Assembly (NCBI GenBank): GCA_964362545.1
Contig: CAYIEM010000001.1
Coordinates: forward strand, 17,424-81,423
From: an uncultured Candidatus Saccharibacteria bacterium
GTDB lineage: Bacteria; Patescibacteriota; Minisyncoccia; Phycocordibacterales; UBA9973
Length of the DNA stretch: 64,000 nucleotides
Direction of reading: 5' to 3'
The notes under the pieces were generated by a model. The model saw only the letters and a list, made by a program, of their open reading frames with translations. It was not told the DNA's origin and ran no database searches. The translations under genes and the position numbers were made by a program. Positions 50,643-59,741 of this stretch are shown one piece after another. Every line of letters begins with the position of its first letter. The stretch's first letter is position 1.

Positions 50643-51239
50643 TCACTTTTCTCTAGATTTTGTTGAGGCGTGTGAGTTGCGGGCTATAAGTTTTAATATA
50701 AGCCATAATACGGCAGTAATAACACTTGGAATTATTAGCACTCGGTAAACAAAATCCCATATATTATTACAATCGTAGACCGTAACATTCTTATATCGTA
50801 CATCGTCCAGCAATTTTTGGTTCTTCCACTCGTTGAACATCGCTATTTGCTCTTCTTCGTTCAGCATATCTTTTTTTATTCTTAGTTCACCAACAGTAAT
50901 GTTATTGGAATAGCGATCGATAAATTCGGAAAGTTTCATAAGTCTCTTGCAATCATCTCCTGATATGTATTTATTGCCCTCATCCGATCGTCTAGTTTGC
51001 CATTCAAAAGTATCCAAGAAGACTGAACCGCATTTAGTTTCTGGAAATCTGCCTTTGAAAATTCCATGCAAGGAATCGTAACCTGGTTCCCAGCTGTATG
51101 CGCGACCGTAATGATATGCATAATCAACTGGACCGCCACCAATCCATCCGCCTCCTCGATCAAGAGAGTGTTTTACCAAACCCCAGAGCGCAACCATCAA
51201 AAAGACAATTATTAAAATAATTACCTTAGCCTTGTTCAT
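50643..51239 (-). CDS. Hypothetical membrane protein
   Basis: N- and C-terminal TM segments. Confidence 0.65.
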   Translation of the reverse strand: MNKAKVIILIIVFLMVALWGLVKHSLDRGGGWIGGGPVDYAYHYGRAYSWEPGYDSLHGIFKGRFPETKCGSVFLDTFEWQTRRSDEGNKYISGDDCKRLMKLSEFIDRYSNNITVGELRIKKDMLNEEEQIAMFNEWKNQKLLDDVRYKNVTVYDCNNIWDFVYRVLIIPSVITAVLWLILKLIARNSHASTKSREK

Positions 51240-51251
51240 AGTGATATTATA

Positions 51252-52085
51252 CTACGGTTTTAATGCTTTACATTCATTGTTATCTGTTGTCCAAGACTTA
51301 TACACTGGATGAAAAGAACTACACTCAACTTGCGACGCACAATAACTTGAAATTTCTGTCGTTGAAATTTCACTACAAAGAGACTCATCGTGACGTTTTA
51401 TTGCTTGATTTAAAAAACAGATGTCTTCTGTTGTAGAGTATATTCCTCTCTTACACCACTCAGTAGAGGCTTGTTTACTACCCAATCTCTCATAGCTTGA
51501 AATTTCTCTTTCATGATCTTGAAGTTTTTCACTAGCATACCAAACCCCAATGTATGAAATAAAAACAAAAAGAATGGCCATACATAGCGACCAACGTATT
51601 TTAACTCGTTTAAATCCATCTTTAATGAGTACTGGCCAACTCATGGCAAATATAAATACAGGAAGGCTGAAGATAGCAACAAGTACTCCCTGCTCTCCAA
51701 AATCCGAGCAACTCATCATTAAACAAAATTTTGTATTATATCCAATAATAATAATCACCCCCAATATTGGAATCAAAAAAAAGAACACCTTCCAAAAAAT
51801 ACGTCTGCGATCTTTATCATTATAAAAAGACAGAACCGATGCGAGTAAACTTGCTGTAAATGTAATAATGGATGCGTTTTCTAACCAATGTGCGTAAACA
51901 GAATAATCTTGATACGAGATACCTCCGCTAGGAGTAATATATAATTCTTGAAAGAATCCTTTGCCTTCCGTATACATAAAAACGCATATCATGGAAATAC
52001 AAAAAAAGAATATAGAAATTAAAAACCATTGTCTAGGAGATAAAAGGTTACACCAAGCTGATATTTTTGTTTTCCACGATTTCAT
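51252..52085 (-). CDS. Hypothetical multi-pass membrane protein with Cys-rich tail
   Basis: About 5 TM segments; C-terminal C..I....C repeats. Confidence 0.65.
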   Translation of the reverse strand: MKSWKTKISAWCNLLSPRQWFLISIFFFCISMICVFMYTEGKGFFQELYITPSGGISYQDYSVYAHWLENASIITFTASLLASVLSFYNDKDRRRIFWKVFFFLIPILGVIIIIGYNTKFCLMMSCSDFGEQGVLVAIFSLPVFIFAMSWPVLIKDGFKRVKIRWSLCMAILFVFISYIGVWYASEKLQDHEREISSYERLGSKQASTEWCKRGIYSTTEDICFLNQAIKRHDESLCSEISTTEISSYCASQVECSSFHPVYKSWTTDNNECKALKP

Positions 52086-52088
52086 AAA

Positions 52089-53090
52089 TTAGTCGCTCCA
52101 ATCTATACCACCTTCTCTCATTTTTTGCTTAATAAACTTATCGTGCTTTTCTGACTTTTCATCGTCGTTTTTACCTTGAAAGTTAGTGGTTTCCGCTTCT
52201 AGAAATATAGGATAGCGTTTAATGTACTCACTAGGATTATTAAAGTAATCAAGGGCTGTTTTAATCCAATCTGATGGTGTTAAAAAAACTGTGATTAAGT
52301 AATCTACGGCACCGAGTTGTATTCCCTTAGTAATGTTCTCCCTTAGACTCATATTGCTTACAAAAATGACTGGTATGTCTTTAGTTCTCTCATCTGCCTT
52401 TAACAATTCAATAGCTTCATATCCGAATCTGCCTGGCATGACAATATCTAGGAAAATTAGATCTGGCTTGATATTAAAAACTTTCTCCACAAAATCACCA
52501 TTGGCATTTTCTAGCGCATCAACCAAAAAACCAACCTGCCCAAATTTGGTTTTATACATATCTCGTAAAACCTCATCGTCGTCAACAAGAAGAATCTTAC
52601 CTTTTGTTTTCATGTTGTTTTTAGTTTTTAGTTTTTCTCTTAATTCATCTATTTTTTCTGGTCTAATAAAATTAAGACTATTATTACCCTGAGCGATCAT
52701 TAACATATCGGGTTCAAGGTATGTTTTATGAATTTCTCCTTTCTTAAATTTTTTATATAAAGCAATCTGTTCAAGAATATTTTGAAAATTTTCAGGGTAA
52801 ATCACGCTTTCCTCAGGGTTATAATCATCAGAATAAATCGAGTTGGGGTCCTCGACTAGTTCAAGGTCACTAACTCCTAAATTTTCTTTAAAAGCATCTA
52901 TCTTTTTGAATTCCTCATTTTTTATAAGTTCTTCTTGATTTTCTTTTATTAACTTAAATGGGTAACTTATAATCTTGAAAGGCAGTAAAAATAACTTCCG
53001 AATCAGCTCTAAAAAACCAGAAAGAAGTTCTCTGCCTTTTTCTGTAGAGTAAAGTATAGCTAGTAGTATTAAGAAAAGTAGGAGTGTCAT
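52089..53090 (-). CDS. Response-regulator receiver domain with a long N-terminal membrane-anchored extension
   Basis: KILLVDDD, PDLIFLDIVMP, IPVIFVS, GAVDYL. Confidence 0.75.
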   Translation of the reverse strand: MTLLLFLILLAILYSTEKGRELLSGFLELIRKLFLLPFKIISYPFKLIKENQEELIKNEEFKKIDAFKENLGVSDLELVEDPNSIYSDDYNPEESVIYPENFQNILEQIALYKKFKKGEIHKTYLEPDMLMIAQGNNSLNFIRPEKIDELREKLKTKNNMKTKGKILLVDDDEVLRDMYKTKFGQVGFLVDALENANGDFVEKVFNIKPDLIFLDIVMPGRFGYEAIELLKADERTKDIPVIFVSNMSLRENITKGIQLGAVDYLITVFLTPSDWIKTALDYFNNPSEYIKRYPIFLEAETTNFQGKNDDEKSEKHDKFIKQKMREGGIDWSD

Positions 53091-53389
53091 TTTTTTATAT
53101 CCCGTGCACCAATACCTCCACATATACCACCGACTAAACCAAGAATAGACATAAGCAAACCTGTTGCAAAAGGATTACCGAATAATTTCGTCAGACCTTC
53201 TGGAACAGTATGAAAAAGTTTAGCAATCAGTTGGAAAGAAGTTAAAATGGCTAGTCCCCAAAAAGCGCTCCAACCCAAATATTCAAAATCACTAATTTTT
53301 GATTGAGATTTGCTGGAGTGTCTATACATCCAAACCGCTACAAACCCAGATAAAATTATTGCGAAATAAGAATATGCTTCAAAATTCAT
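53087..53389 (-). CDS. Small membrane protein
   Basis: 100 aa, 3 TM segments, overlaps the next start. Confidence 0.6.
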   Translation of the reverse strand: MNFEAYSYFAIILSGFVAVWMYRHSSKSQSKISDFEYLGWSAFWGLAILTSFQLIAKLFHTVPEGLTKLFGNPFATGLLMSILGLVGGICGGIGARDIKK

Positions 53390-53604
53390 ATCTTGATGAT
53401 ACTACTTAAATGCAATTTATTCAATTAAAAAAAATATAGAAAAATAAAACATATATCAAACAAACTATTTTAGATAACAATCACGCTCACGCTCATAGTA
53501 ATGAGTTTGCGCGTAACATATAAACATATTAAGCTAACACGTAATTTATTTTTATTTCAAAAAACGAGTTAGATATTTTATTTAAAAATTTCTTGTATTT
53601 TTGT

Positions 53605-54445
53605 AAGACAAATGAAGGACCCGAGCTCGGACCCTTCATTTGACATCTATTTTCCTTTCTTATTTTCAGCTTCAGCTTAATGCTCAAGCTATAAATAATT
53701 ATAAGACCCCTAGATTTATAACCAAAGCTATAAATAATAGTAGGCGTTTTAAATAAATTCAAACGAAAAATCTCTGCGTCTGGTTAGCGGATAAGCGTTA
53801 CTGGTTTTCTTTTTCTAGCAGGTAGTTCTACAATCTAGAGATTACTCATCTGTGATTATTCTTTGCAATCACGATGATTTTAGTGCAGTCTAGAAAGGCA
53901 GAAATGAAACTCAGCAAAAACAATAAGATACTCAAATGGTTACCGCTGGAATGGTTACATAATTATGCGTTCCGAGCGTACGGGCAGGTTTTTAGGCCTA
54001 GATTTGGTGGACTGGACAATAGATATTATTCTAAAGCCATTTGTCGAAGTGTGTATTTTTGCAAGCAACCTTTGTAACGGAAATCCCTATTCATTACAAG
54101 ACACCTCCAACTCTTTATATTTTAGACCATGCTCCTTCACTAAATCGTCCAACATGGTCCCTCAACTTGCTTATTCGAACTCCTCTATGTAGCCATTATT
54201 TGCTGTTGAGAGCAGTGATACTGGCATTGTATGAGCCTTCGTATTTCGGCATCAATGGATTCATTACAGATAATCTTCCCAATAGGTGAAGATGGTCGAT
54301 CCATGATATAGCTTAACGAGCGGTTCATTTATAAAACAAAAAATCTCTTCAGGGCGTATCTAGGATAATAGATACATCGTGAAAAGATTCTTTTACAATA
54401 TATCTTTATTCTATAAGCCCTGGTTAGCCGTAACTATTGACTAAC
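53605..54445 (-). ncRNA. Putative giant structured non-coding RNA (~840 nt)
   Basis: Promoter at the 5' end, no long sense ORF, many helices with G:U pairs only on the minus strand, long-range closing helices, strong terminal hairpin. Confidence 0.65.
53608..53643 (-). terminator. Terminal hairpin of the putative ncRNA
   Basis: caaatgaagggtccg-agct-cgggtccttcatttg, including G:U pairs on the minus strand. Confidence 0.6.
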
Positions 54446-54451
54446 AGATAC

Positions 54452-54480
54452 ATTATAGCATAATTTCAAGCAGAAAACAA
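54452..54480 (-). promoter_or_regulatory. Sigma70 promoter with extended -10
   Basis: TTGTTT-17 bp-(TGC)TATAAT; G at 54445 follows after 6 nt. Confidence 0.7.
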
Positions 54481-54525
54481 GGAGTTTTACTACACTTTTA
54501 TTACTTAGTTTGTACAACTTTTTGC

Positions 54526-55029
54526 CTATTTAATATAGCCAATTTGGTAGAGAAAATCGGAGGTCTCATCAATTATATCCCTTACGAGAGAAGAGCAGTA
54601 GAAGGTCTTTTTGTAAACGGGTTTTATTTTATTGTAAGCTTTTTTATCAAAAGTTAAGATAAGTGCGTCAAGATCTATCCCAATACAGATAATTAAAAAA
54701 TCAGCTGTGCGTAAGCTCGTGGCAGAACTTCCAGGTTTTAGAATTTTCTTGGCGTGTTTAAAAGCTGATGTTTCTGCAATAGAAAGTATGACAATCTTCT
54801 CTTTGTGTAGAAGTCTCATAATAGCTCCTTCAACTTTTTTATAACTAATACCTTTTCGAATAAGAGTCGCTATTACTTCATATATTGCTATTGGTGGAAT
54901 AATAATTCTTACGTCAATAGATTTTTTTAAAAGTATTCCAAATATATTAACCGCATCCCGATGAAATGCATCGGATGAATCTATAGTGGCAATAATGAAA
55001 CAACTATCTATGACGACGTTTTGTTTCAT
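54526..55029 (-). CDS. PIN-domain (VapC-like) ribonuclease
   Basis: VVIDSC, YEV, LRTADFL, LTFD acidic tetrad. Confidence 0.85.
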   Translation of the reverse strand: MKQNVVIDSCFIIATIDSSDAFHRDAVNIFGILLKKSIDVRIIIPPIAIYEVIATLIRKGISYKKVEGAIMRLLHKEKIVILSIAETSAFKHAKKILKPGSSATSLRTADFLIICIGIDLDALILTFDKKAYNKIKPVYKKTFYCSSLVRDIIDETSDFLYQIGYIK

Positions 55030-55207
55030 TTTTATGAGAAGATTTAATTATTATACCTTTTAGTTCTTTTGAAGCATCTCCATATCCCGCCTTAGGTATT
55101 CTTTCTATGGTAACCGTACTGGGTCGTCTGCGAGCTTCTCGAATTGGAATAAATTCTCCTGTCCTAGAGTCTCTTCCAAGTGGAAATGTTTTACTACTCT
55201 TACTCAT
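55004..55207 (-). CDS. Arg-rich mini-protein, copy 2 (67 aa; overlaps the PIN start)
   Basis: MSKSSKTFPLGRDSRTGEFIPIREARRRPSTVTIERIPK. Confidence 0.7.
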   Translation of the reverse strand: MSKSSKTFPLGRDSRTGEFIPIREARRRPSTVTIERIPKAGYGDASKELKGIIIKSSHKNETKRRHR

Positions 55208-55291
55208 AAATTTATGATAACATTATTTCTTACAAATAAAAAAGCTCTCCCCAAAAAGAGCCATTTTATCTCGTTCTAGTTTTACTTAGAA

Positions 55292-55438
55292 CTACTTACG
55301 CTTAGTGTCTCCATGTCCTGATTTTGGAACCCTCTCTACCGTTGTAGAGTTGGGGCGCTGTCTAGCTTCTCGGACAGGTATGAACTCACCTGTCCTAGAG
55401 TCTCTTCCAAGTGGAAATGTTTTTGAGTTTTTACTCAT
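55292..55438 (-). CDS. Arg-rich mini-protein, copy 1 (48 aa; not in ORF track)
   Basis: MSKNSKTFPLGRDSRTGEFIPVREARQRPNSTTVERVPKSGHGDTKRK*; 35 bp identical to copy 2. Confidence 0.75.
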   Translation of the reverse strand: MSKNSKTFPLGRDSRTGEFIPVREARQRPNSTTVERVPKSGHGDTKRK

Positions 55439-55774
55439 AAATATTTAGTTGCTTGAGTTTAAAGTTGATAAGCAGGTGTCAGCTATGGTATACTAAAAGT
55501 CTATTAGGTTCTTAGCATATTGATAATTAGCTTCTCGAATTGACCGACACAGAGTAAATAATTTTGATTTTATATAAGGGGGAATCTCCTAATCCGATTT
55601 AAACACCTGAATACTGTTTTTTGTCTTCCTGATAGGTCTGTATTTCTTTACCAAACAAACAGATATTTTTATAATATCACAAACTTACCACCATGTCCCT
55701 GTGAATAACTTTTTTATTCTTTAATCTGAAAAATCAGACACGACCTCGACTTTTCCTACAGTTAATCTTTATAT

Positions 55775-58700
55775 CTAAACCGTTGGCTTTATCATCTTTT
55801 CAATAAATTTAATTTCATCTTTCGTTAATTTATACTTTTTATATAATTGCTTATCAATTTCTCCTATTGATTGTTTCCAGTCTATATCTGATTTTGAAGT
55901 AAAATCTTGAAGCGGAACAAATTGGTATACATTTTGAAGAACATTCTGAGAAGTTTTTAAAATGCCCACCATGTATCTAAAAAATTTTGTTTTTATGTAA
56001 GATGCAAGAGCGAGGGCTTCAAGTTGTGTATTAAACTGACCAATTGGAATCAATGAATCTGTGCACACAGATTTTGGTCCAGCTAAATATGGTTTACCCA
56101 AGATTGAGACTTCTTTTTTGTCTGTTAATAACCCAGCACCTCCATTACCTTTAGAAATGAAAATTTTCCATTTATCAGCTAAATTAGTGTTTTTAGTAAT
56201 GTATTTTTTTTCGACGTATCTAATTTCTTCATACTTACATCTTAATTTATAGTATTTATCCTTCTTTTTGTTTGTCGATATTTTTTTTGTGTCTTTACCT
56301 AATATACCAAATGCATTTCTACCTTTTGTAATATTTGTTATAGACTTAAAATCATTACTTTTTACTTTGCTTATTATATTGTGACTAAAACTACTACTTA
56401 GAATTATATCAAGACCTTCTTCAAATAAAGGGCGTTTTTTAGTAATAAAATTTTGCTCATCATAAAACTCAGTGAATTCAACATCTCCTCGATATTCTGG
56501 ATTATACAAAAAGTAATTAACACCACCACTGATCTCTACATCTGGAAAAACTTTACTCGAGATTGGAATATTAACAATACTTTGTAAATGATTATTTTCT
56601 TTAAAAAACTCTCTCAGCCTTAAAAACGATTTGTCTTGCGCATCACCAGTAAACCATCGCGACGGAGTAACCAACGATAAATATCTTGGATTAAGGCCAA
56701 TTGACATTTTAATGAAATCTGGAAAAATCTGTCTACTTAAAGATTTATTCTTTGAATTATTACTAATTGTCTGCTGGTATGGTGGGTTTCCCACAATTAC
56801 ATCAAATTTCATATAGTTATTGTTTATTATAACACTTTCATTCTTGATTAGTTCATCTTCTTCAATCAACTCATAAGACGTAATATTTTTTTCGATGTGT
56901 TCGATATTTAATTCTAGCAGAGCATATACTTTTCTTGTAAATTCATAGGCTATCTTAGATGTGGGGATAGAATAAAAATTATTTGCTACATCTTTACCAA
57001 ATTTCTTATATACAGCGTAGATAAATTCACCTCGTTTTGAAGCGATATCAAGTAGTTTTGTAGATTTACTAATTGCTTTTTCTGGTAATGTGCTAATGAT
57101 TTTATCTGCCATAAATTCAGGAGTTACAATTTCAGAATCAGACAAACGACTAAATTTTTTCAGAGCATTACTTGCTCTTTCTACTGGTCTAATGGTTGAA
57201 TCGTTTGCTAATGAATTTATATTGTGAATTTTGTAATCCAACTCACTGAGCACAAATGGATTGATATGTTTTTGAAACAAAGTAAGTATATTTTTACTAA
57301 TTCCTATATTTGAAACAATACGCACATTCTTTTCATCACTTTCAATTGCATGGATTACATCTTGGAGTGATTTGATTCTTGAATCAGTAAGGAGCGCAAA
57401 AAATAATATTTTAGCGTAGTACATCGCAAACTTTTTCTTATAATCTTCTTCTAAACCGTTTTCATCTGCGTCAGATTTTTTATCCAGCTCATTTGTTTGC
57501 GTGTTTTCTTTTACAACTTCTCCGAGGTCAATATCATCGCCTTCACCTTCAGCAGATTTGACTTCTAATCCCTGCCTTGATCCTATCTCATTTTGTCTTT
57601 CAATTTCAGCTTTAATTTCATCTATATTTAATAGAGAAAGATCCACCCCAATTGAGGTTGCCTCATCAATCACACTTCTATTACTTGAGTACTGTCTTAC
57701 TGCATCAATAATATTTGCTGGTTGGATTTCTACGATTTTATTTTTGTTTAAAACAATAATCGGAGATATGGCGAGTTCTCTTCTGATTCTTTCTTCCAAC
57801 TTAGAATTGCCATTCGATTCTATGTTTACATTATAAATTTGAGACTTATGCTCCTGCATTTCAAACATTCTGTTTGGATTAAAATCCACAAGGAGCGTTT
57901 GAGGCTTCATATTATATTTCACCGTGTCACCACCTTGTTCTTTATAAACTCGTACATACTGATTCTGCAGACGGAATATTGCTTGATCATATTCCTGAGG
58001 TGATGATGTATCTTTGAAATACAACATTGTATCCCATTCTGGCACCGTGCTCCCTGTGAGCATTCTGTTCACCGTTAACGTGATTGTTTTTATATCTTTA
58101 TTTTCACACTCTTTAATCTTTAATTGTACCGATTTGATATCTTTATAATTCTTATCACCATTAACACCTGAAATATTTATAATTTTATATTTACCAAGAT
58201 TTTTGAATGTATTCTTTTTAATTAATTCTTCTAACGCGTCACACGATGCTCTGAAAGGCAATACGCAGATAATATGACGACACATGTTACCTTTTTTTAA
58301 TTTATCGTAGTCAAGAAAACTTAATATATTTTCATCTTCTTTTGATCCGTCTATTACCTTTAATAACTCAATTATTTCTTTTTCGTGTTCAAATTTTTTA
58401 TGTAAATTATTTTTTGTATCTTTAGTTATTGATATAGGTTTAAATAATACAGAAAATGTGTAGGTAATACCATTTCTTTTAAATTCCTCCATTTTTTTAC
58501 GTGAGGACTCATTTGGATTAAATGCGAATCGAACCATCTGCGGAAACCCATAATATGGATTATCCCATTCTTTTACTTCGTCTTTATGTAGATTGTCTCT
58601 ATCCCATCTCTCTTGATCTTCTGCAATATTCGAAAACTGATAGAAAGCAATAATGTCTTCATCTGTAAATTCACTATTCATCAAAATCCGATATGGTGTT

Positions 58701-59740
58701 CCAGAGAGATGAAGGCGAACCTTAGCATTAATTGTTTTTATTGTTTTATCTAAATCATCTAAAGTATTATCAGCTAACTTTAGTTCATTTTTCATCTCTT
58801 TTACTGAGAGTGGATATTTCAATACCTTTCCATACTGTTCTGCTCGTGCACCAAAATGAGTTTCATCAATAATCAATAGATCAATTTTATTATCGAATAT
58901 TTCTTTATGTTTTGACTTTATTCCATCACCTTGTAAATCTTGCAATGTTAGAAACAAAACAATTTTTTCTTTTGCTTTCTGCTTATCTTTTACTATTGTT
59001 TTACCTTGCAAAAGATCCTTGCTATCTAGAAAACTATAGCCAGTAAATTTTTTATGACTTTCTACTGTTCTTTTCCATTCTTCTTTCACATCTGCTTTTG
59101 CAGATACAACCAGTACTAGATTTGTTGACATTTCAACCGCACAACACATAGAGGTGAACGATTTACCAAATCGCATCACCGCATACATCAATAAGTTAGT
59201 TCGTCCCTTGGTCAAAGCCTCCTTAAATCTATTTATAGTTGCTTGCTGATTTGGTCTTGGGTCATAATCTTCATCTCTTGCGTATGTATGAAAAACAGGA
59301 ATACGGCTTGTATCAAATTTGTAGTATTGATATTTATTCTCTTTATTCTTATGATTTTTTTTAATGTCTTTAATTGCACCAATCAGATCATTTTTTGAGG
59401 TATTTTTAAAAAATTCCTTAGAATAATATGGAGCTTTCCTAAGACTATCTGGAAGAAGCCGTTCTTTTTGTAGTTCTTTTTCGAGGTAATAATGAACAGC
59501 ATGATCTCTAAAAAAAGTTTGATCATCAACTTTTGCAACCTCATCAAACTTTTTTTCTAAATTAGGAAAATACTTTCTCCACTCACCAAGTCGTGTCTCA
59601 AGTGGACGATAGGTATCACCAATTTTTATATAATTAGGAATTATCTCTGTAGTAAACGCGTAAATCCTTGGTTCAACTCTCCCAATAATAATATGATCGA
59701 GTACGCTTACATCAATTTTGTTTAATTTTTTCATATCCAT
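55775..59740 (-). CDS. Single-chain restriction-modification enzyme: putative GIY-YIG-like nuclease + SF2 helicase + Eco57I-type N6-MTase + specificity domain
   Basis: IYAF...YIKIGDT; MRFGKS; IDETH; LLDIASKRGEF; DVIVGNPPY. Confidence 0.85.
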   Translation of the reverse strand: MDMKKLNKIDVSVLDHIIIGRVEPRIYAFTTEIIPNYIKIGDTYRPLETRLGEWRKYFPNLEKKFDEVAKVDDQTFFRDHAVHYYLEKELQKERLLPDSLRKAPYYSKEFFKNTSKNDLIGAIKDIKKNHKNKENKYQYYKFDTSRIPVFHTYARDEDYDPRPNQQATINRFKEALTKGRTNLLMYAVMRFGKSFTSMCCAVEMSTNLVLVVSAKADVKEEWKRTVESHKKFTGYSFLDSKDLLQGKTIVKDKQKAKEKIVLFLTLQDLQGDGIKSKHKEIFDNKIDLLIIDETHFGARAEQYGKVLKYPLSVKEMKNELKLADNTLDDLDKTIKTINAKVRLHLSGTPYRILMNSEFTDEDIIAFYQFSNIAEDQERWDRDNLHKDEVKEWDNPYYGFPQMVRFAFNPNESSRKKMEEFKRNGITYTFSVLFKPISITKDTKNNLHKKFEHEKEIIELLKVIDGSKEDENILSFLDYDKLKKGNMCRHIICVLPFRASCDALEELIKKNTFKNLGKYKIINISGVNGDKNYKDIKSVQLKIKECENKDIKTITLTVNRMLTGSTVPEWDTMLYFKDTSSPQEYDQAIFRLQNQYVRVYKEQGGDTVKYNMKPQTLLVDFNPNRMFEMQEHKSQIYNVNIESNGNSKLEERIRRELAISPIIVLNKNKIVEIQPANIIDAVRQYSSNRSVIDEATSIGVDLSLLNIDEIKAEIERQNEIGSRQGLEVKSAEGEGDDIDLGEVVKENTQTNELDKKSDADENGLEEDYKKKFAMYYAKILFFALLTDSRIKSLQDVIHAIESDEKNVRIVSNIGISKNILTLFQKHINPFVLSELDYKIHNINSLANDSTIRPVERASNALKKFSRLSDSEIVTPEFMADKIISTLPEKAISKSTKLLDIASKRGEFIYAVYKKFGKDVANNFYSIPTSKIAYEFTRKVYALLELNIEHIEKNITSYELIEEDELIKNESVIINNNYMKFDVIVGNPPYQQTISNNSKNKSLSRQIFPDFIKMSIGLNPRYLSLVTPSRWFTGDAQDKSFLRLREFFKENNHLQSIVNIPISSKVFPDVEISGGVNYFLYNPEYRGDVEFTEFYDEQNFITKKRPLFEEGLDIILSSSFSHNIISKVKSNDFKSITNITKGRNAFGILGKDTKKISTNKKKDKYYKLRCKYEEIRYVEKKYITKNTNLADKWKIFISKGNGGAGLLTDKKEVSILGKPYLAGPKSVCTDSLIPIGQFNTQLEALALASYIKTKFFRYMVGILKTSQNVLQNVYQFVPLQDFTSKSDIDWKQSIGEIDKQLYKKYKLTKDEIKFIEKMIKPTV

Positions 59741-59741
59741 T

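Noticed and set aside
53529-54289. Short ORF-track ORFs (53529-53762 -, 53874-54077 +, 53965-54192 +, 54041-54289 +)
   Set aside because: The plus ORFs overlap each other in different frames, none has a recognisable motif, and the region is better explained as a structured RNA
55700-55708. DnaA-box-like TTATTCACA (minus strand)
   Set aside because: Single copy, with no cluster or origin context
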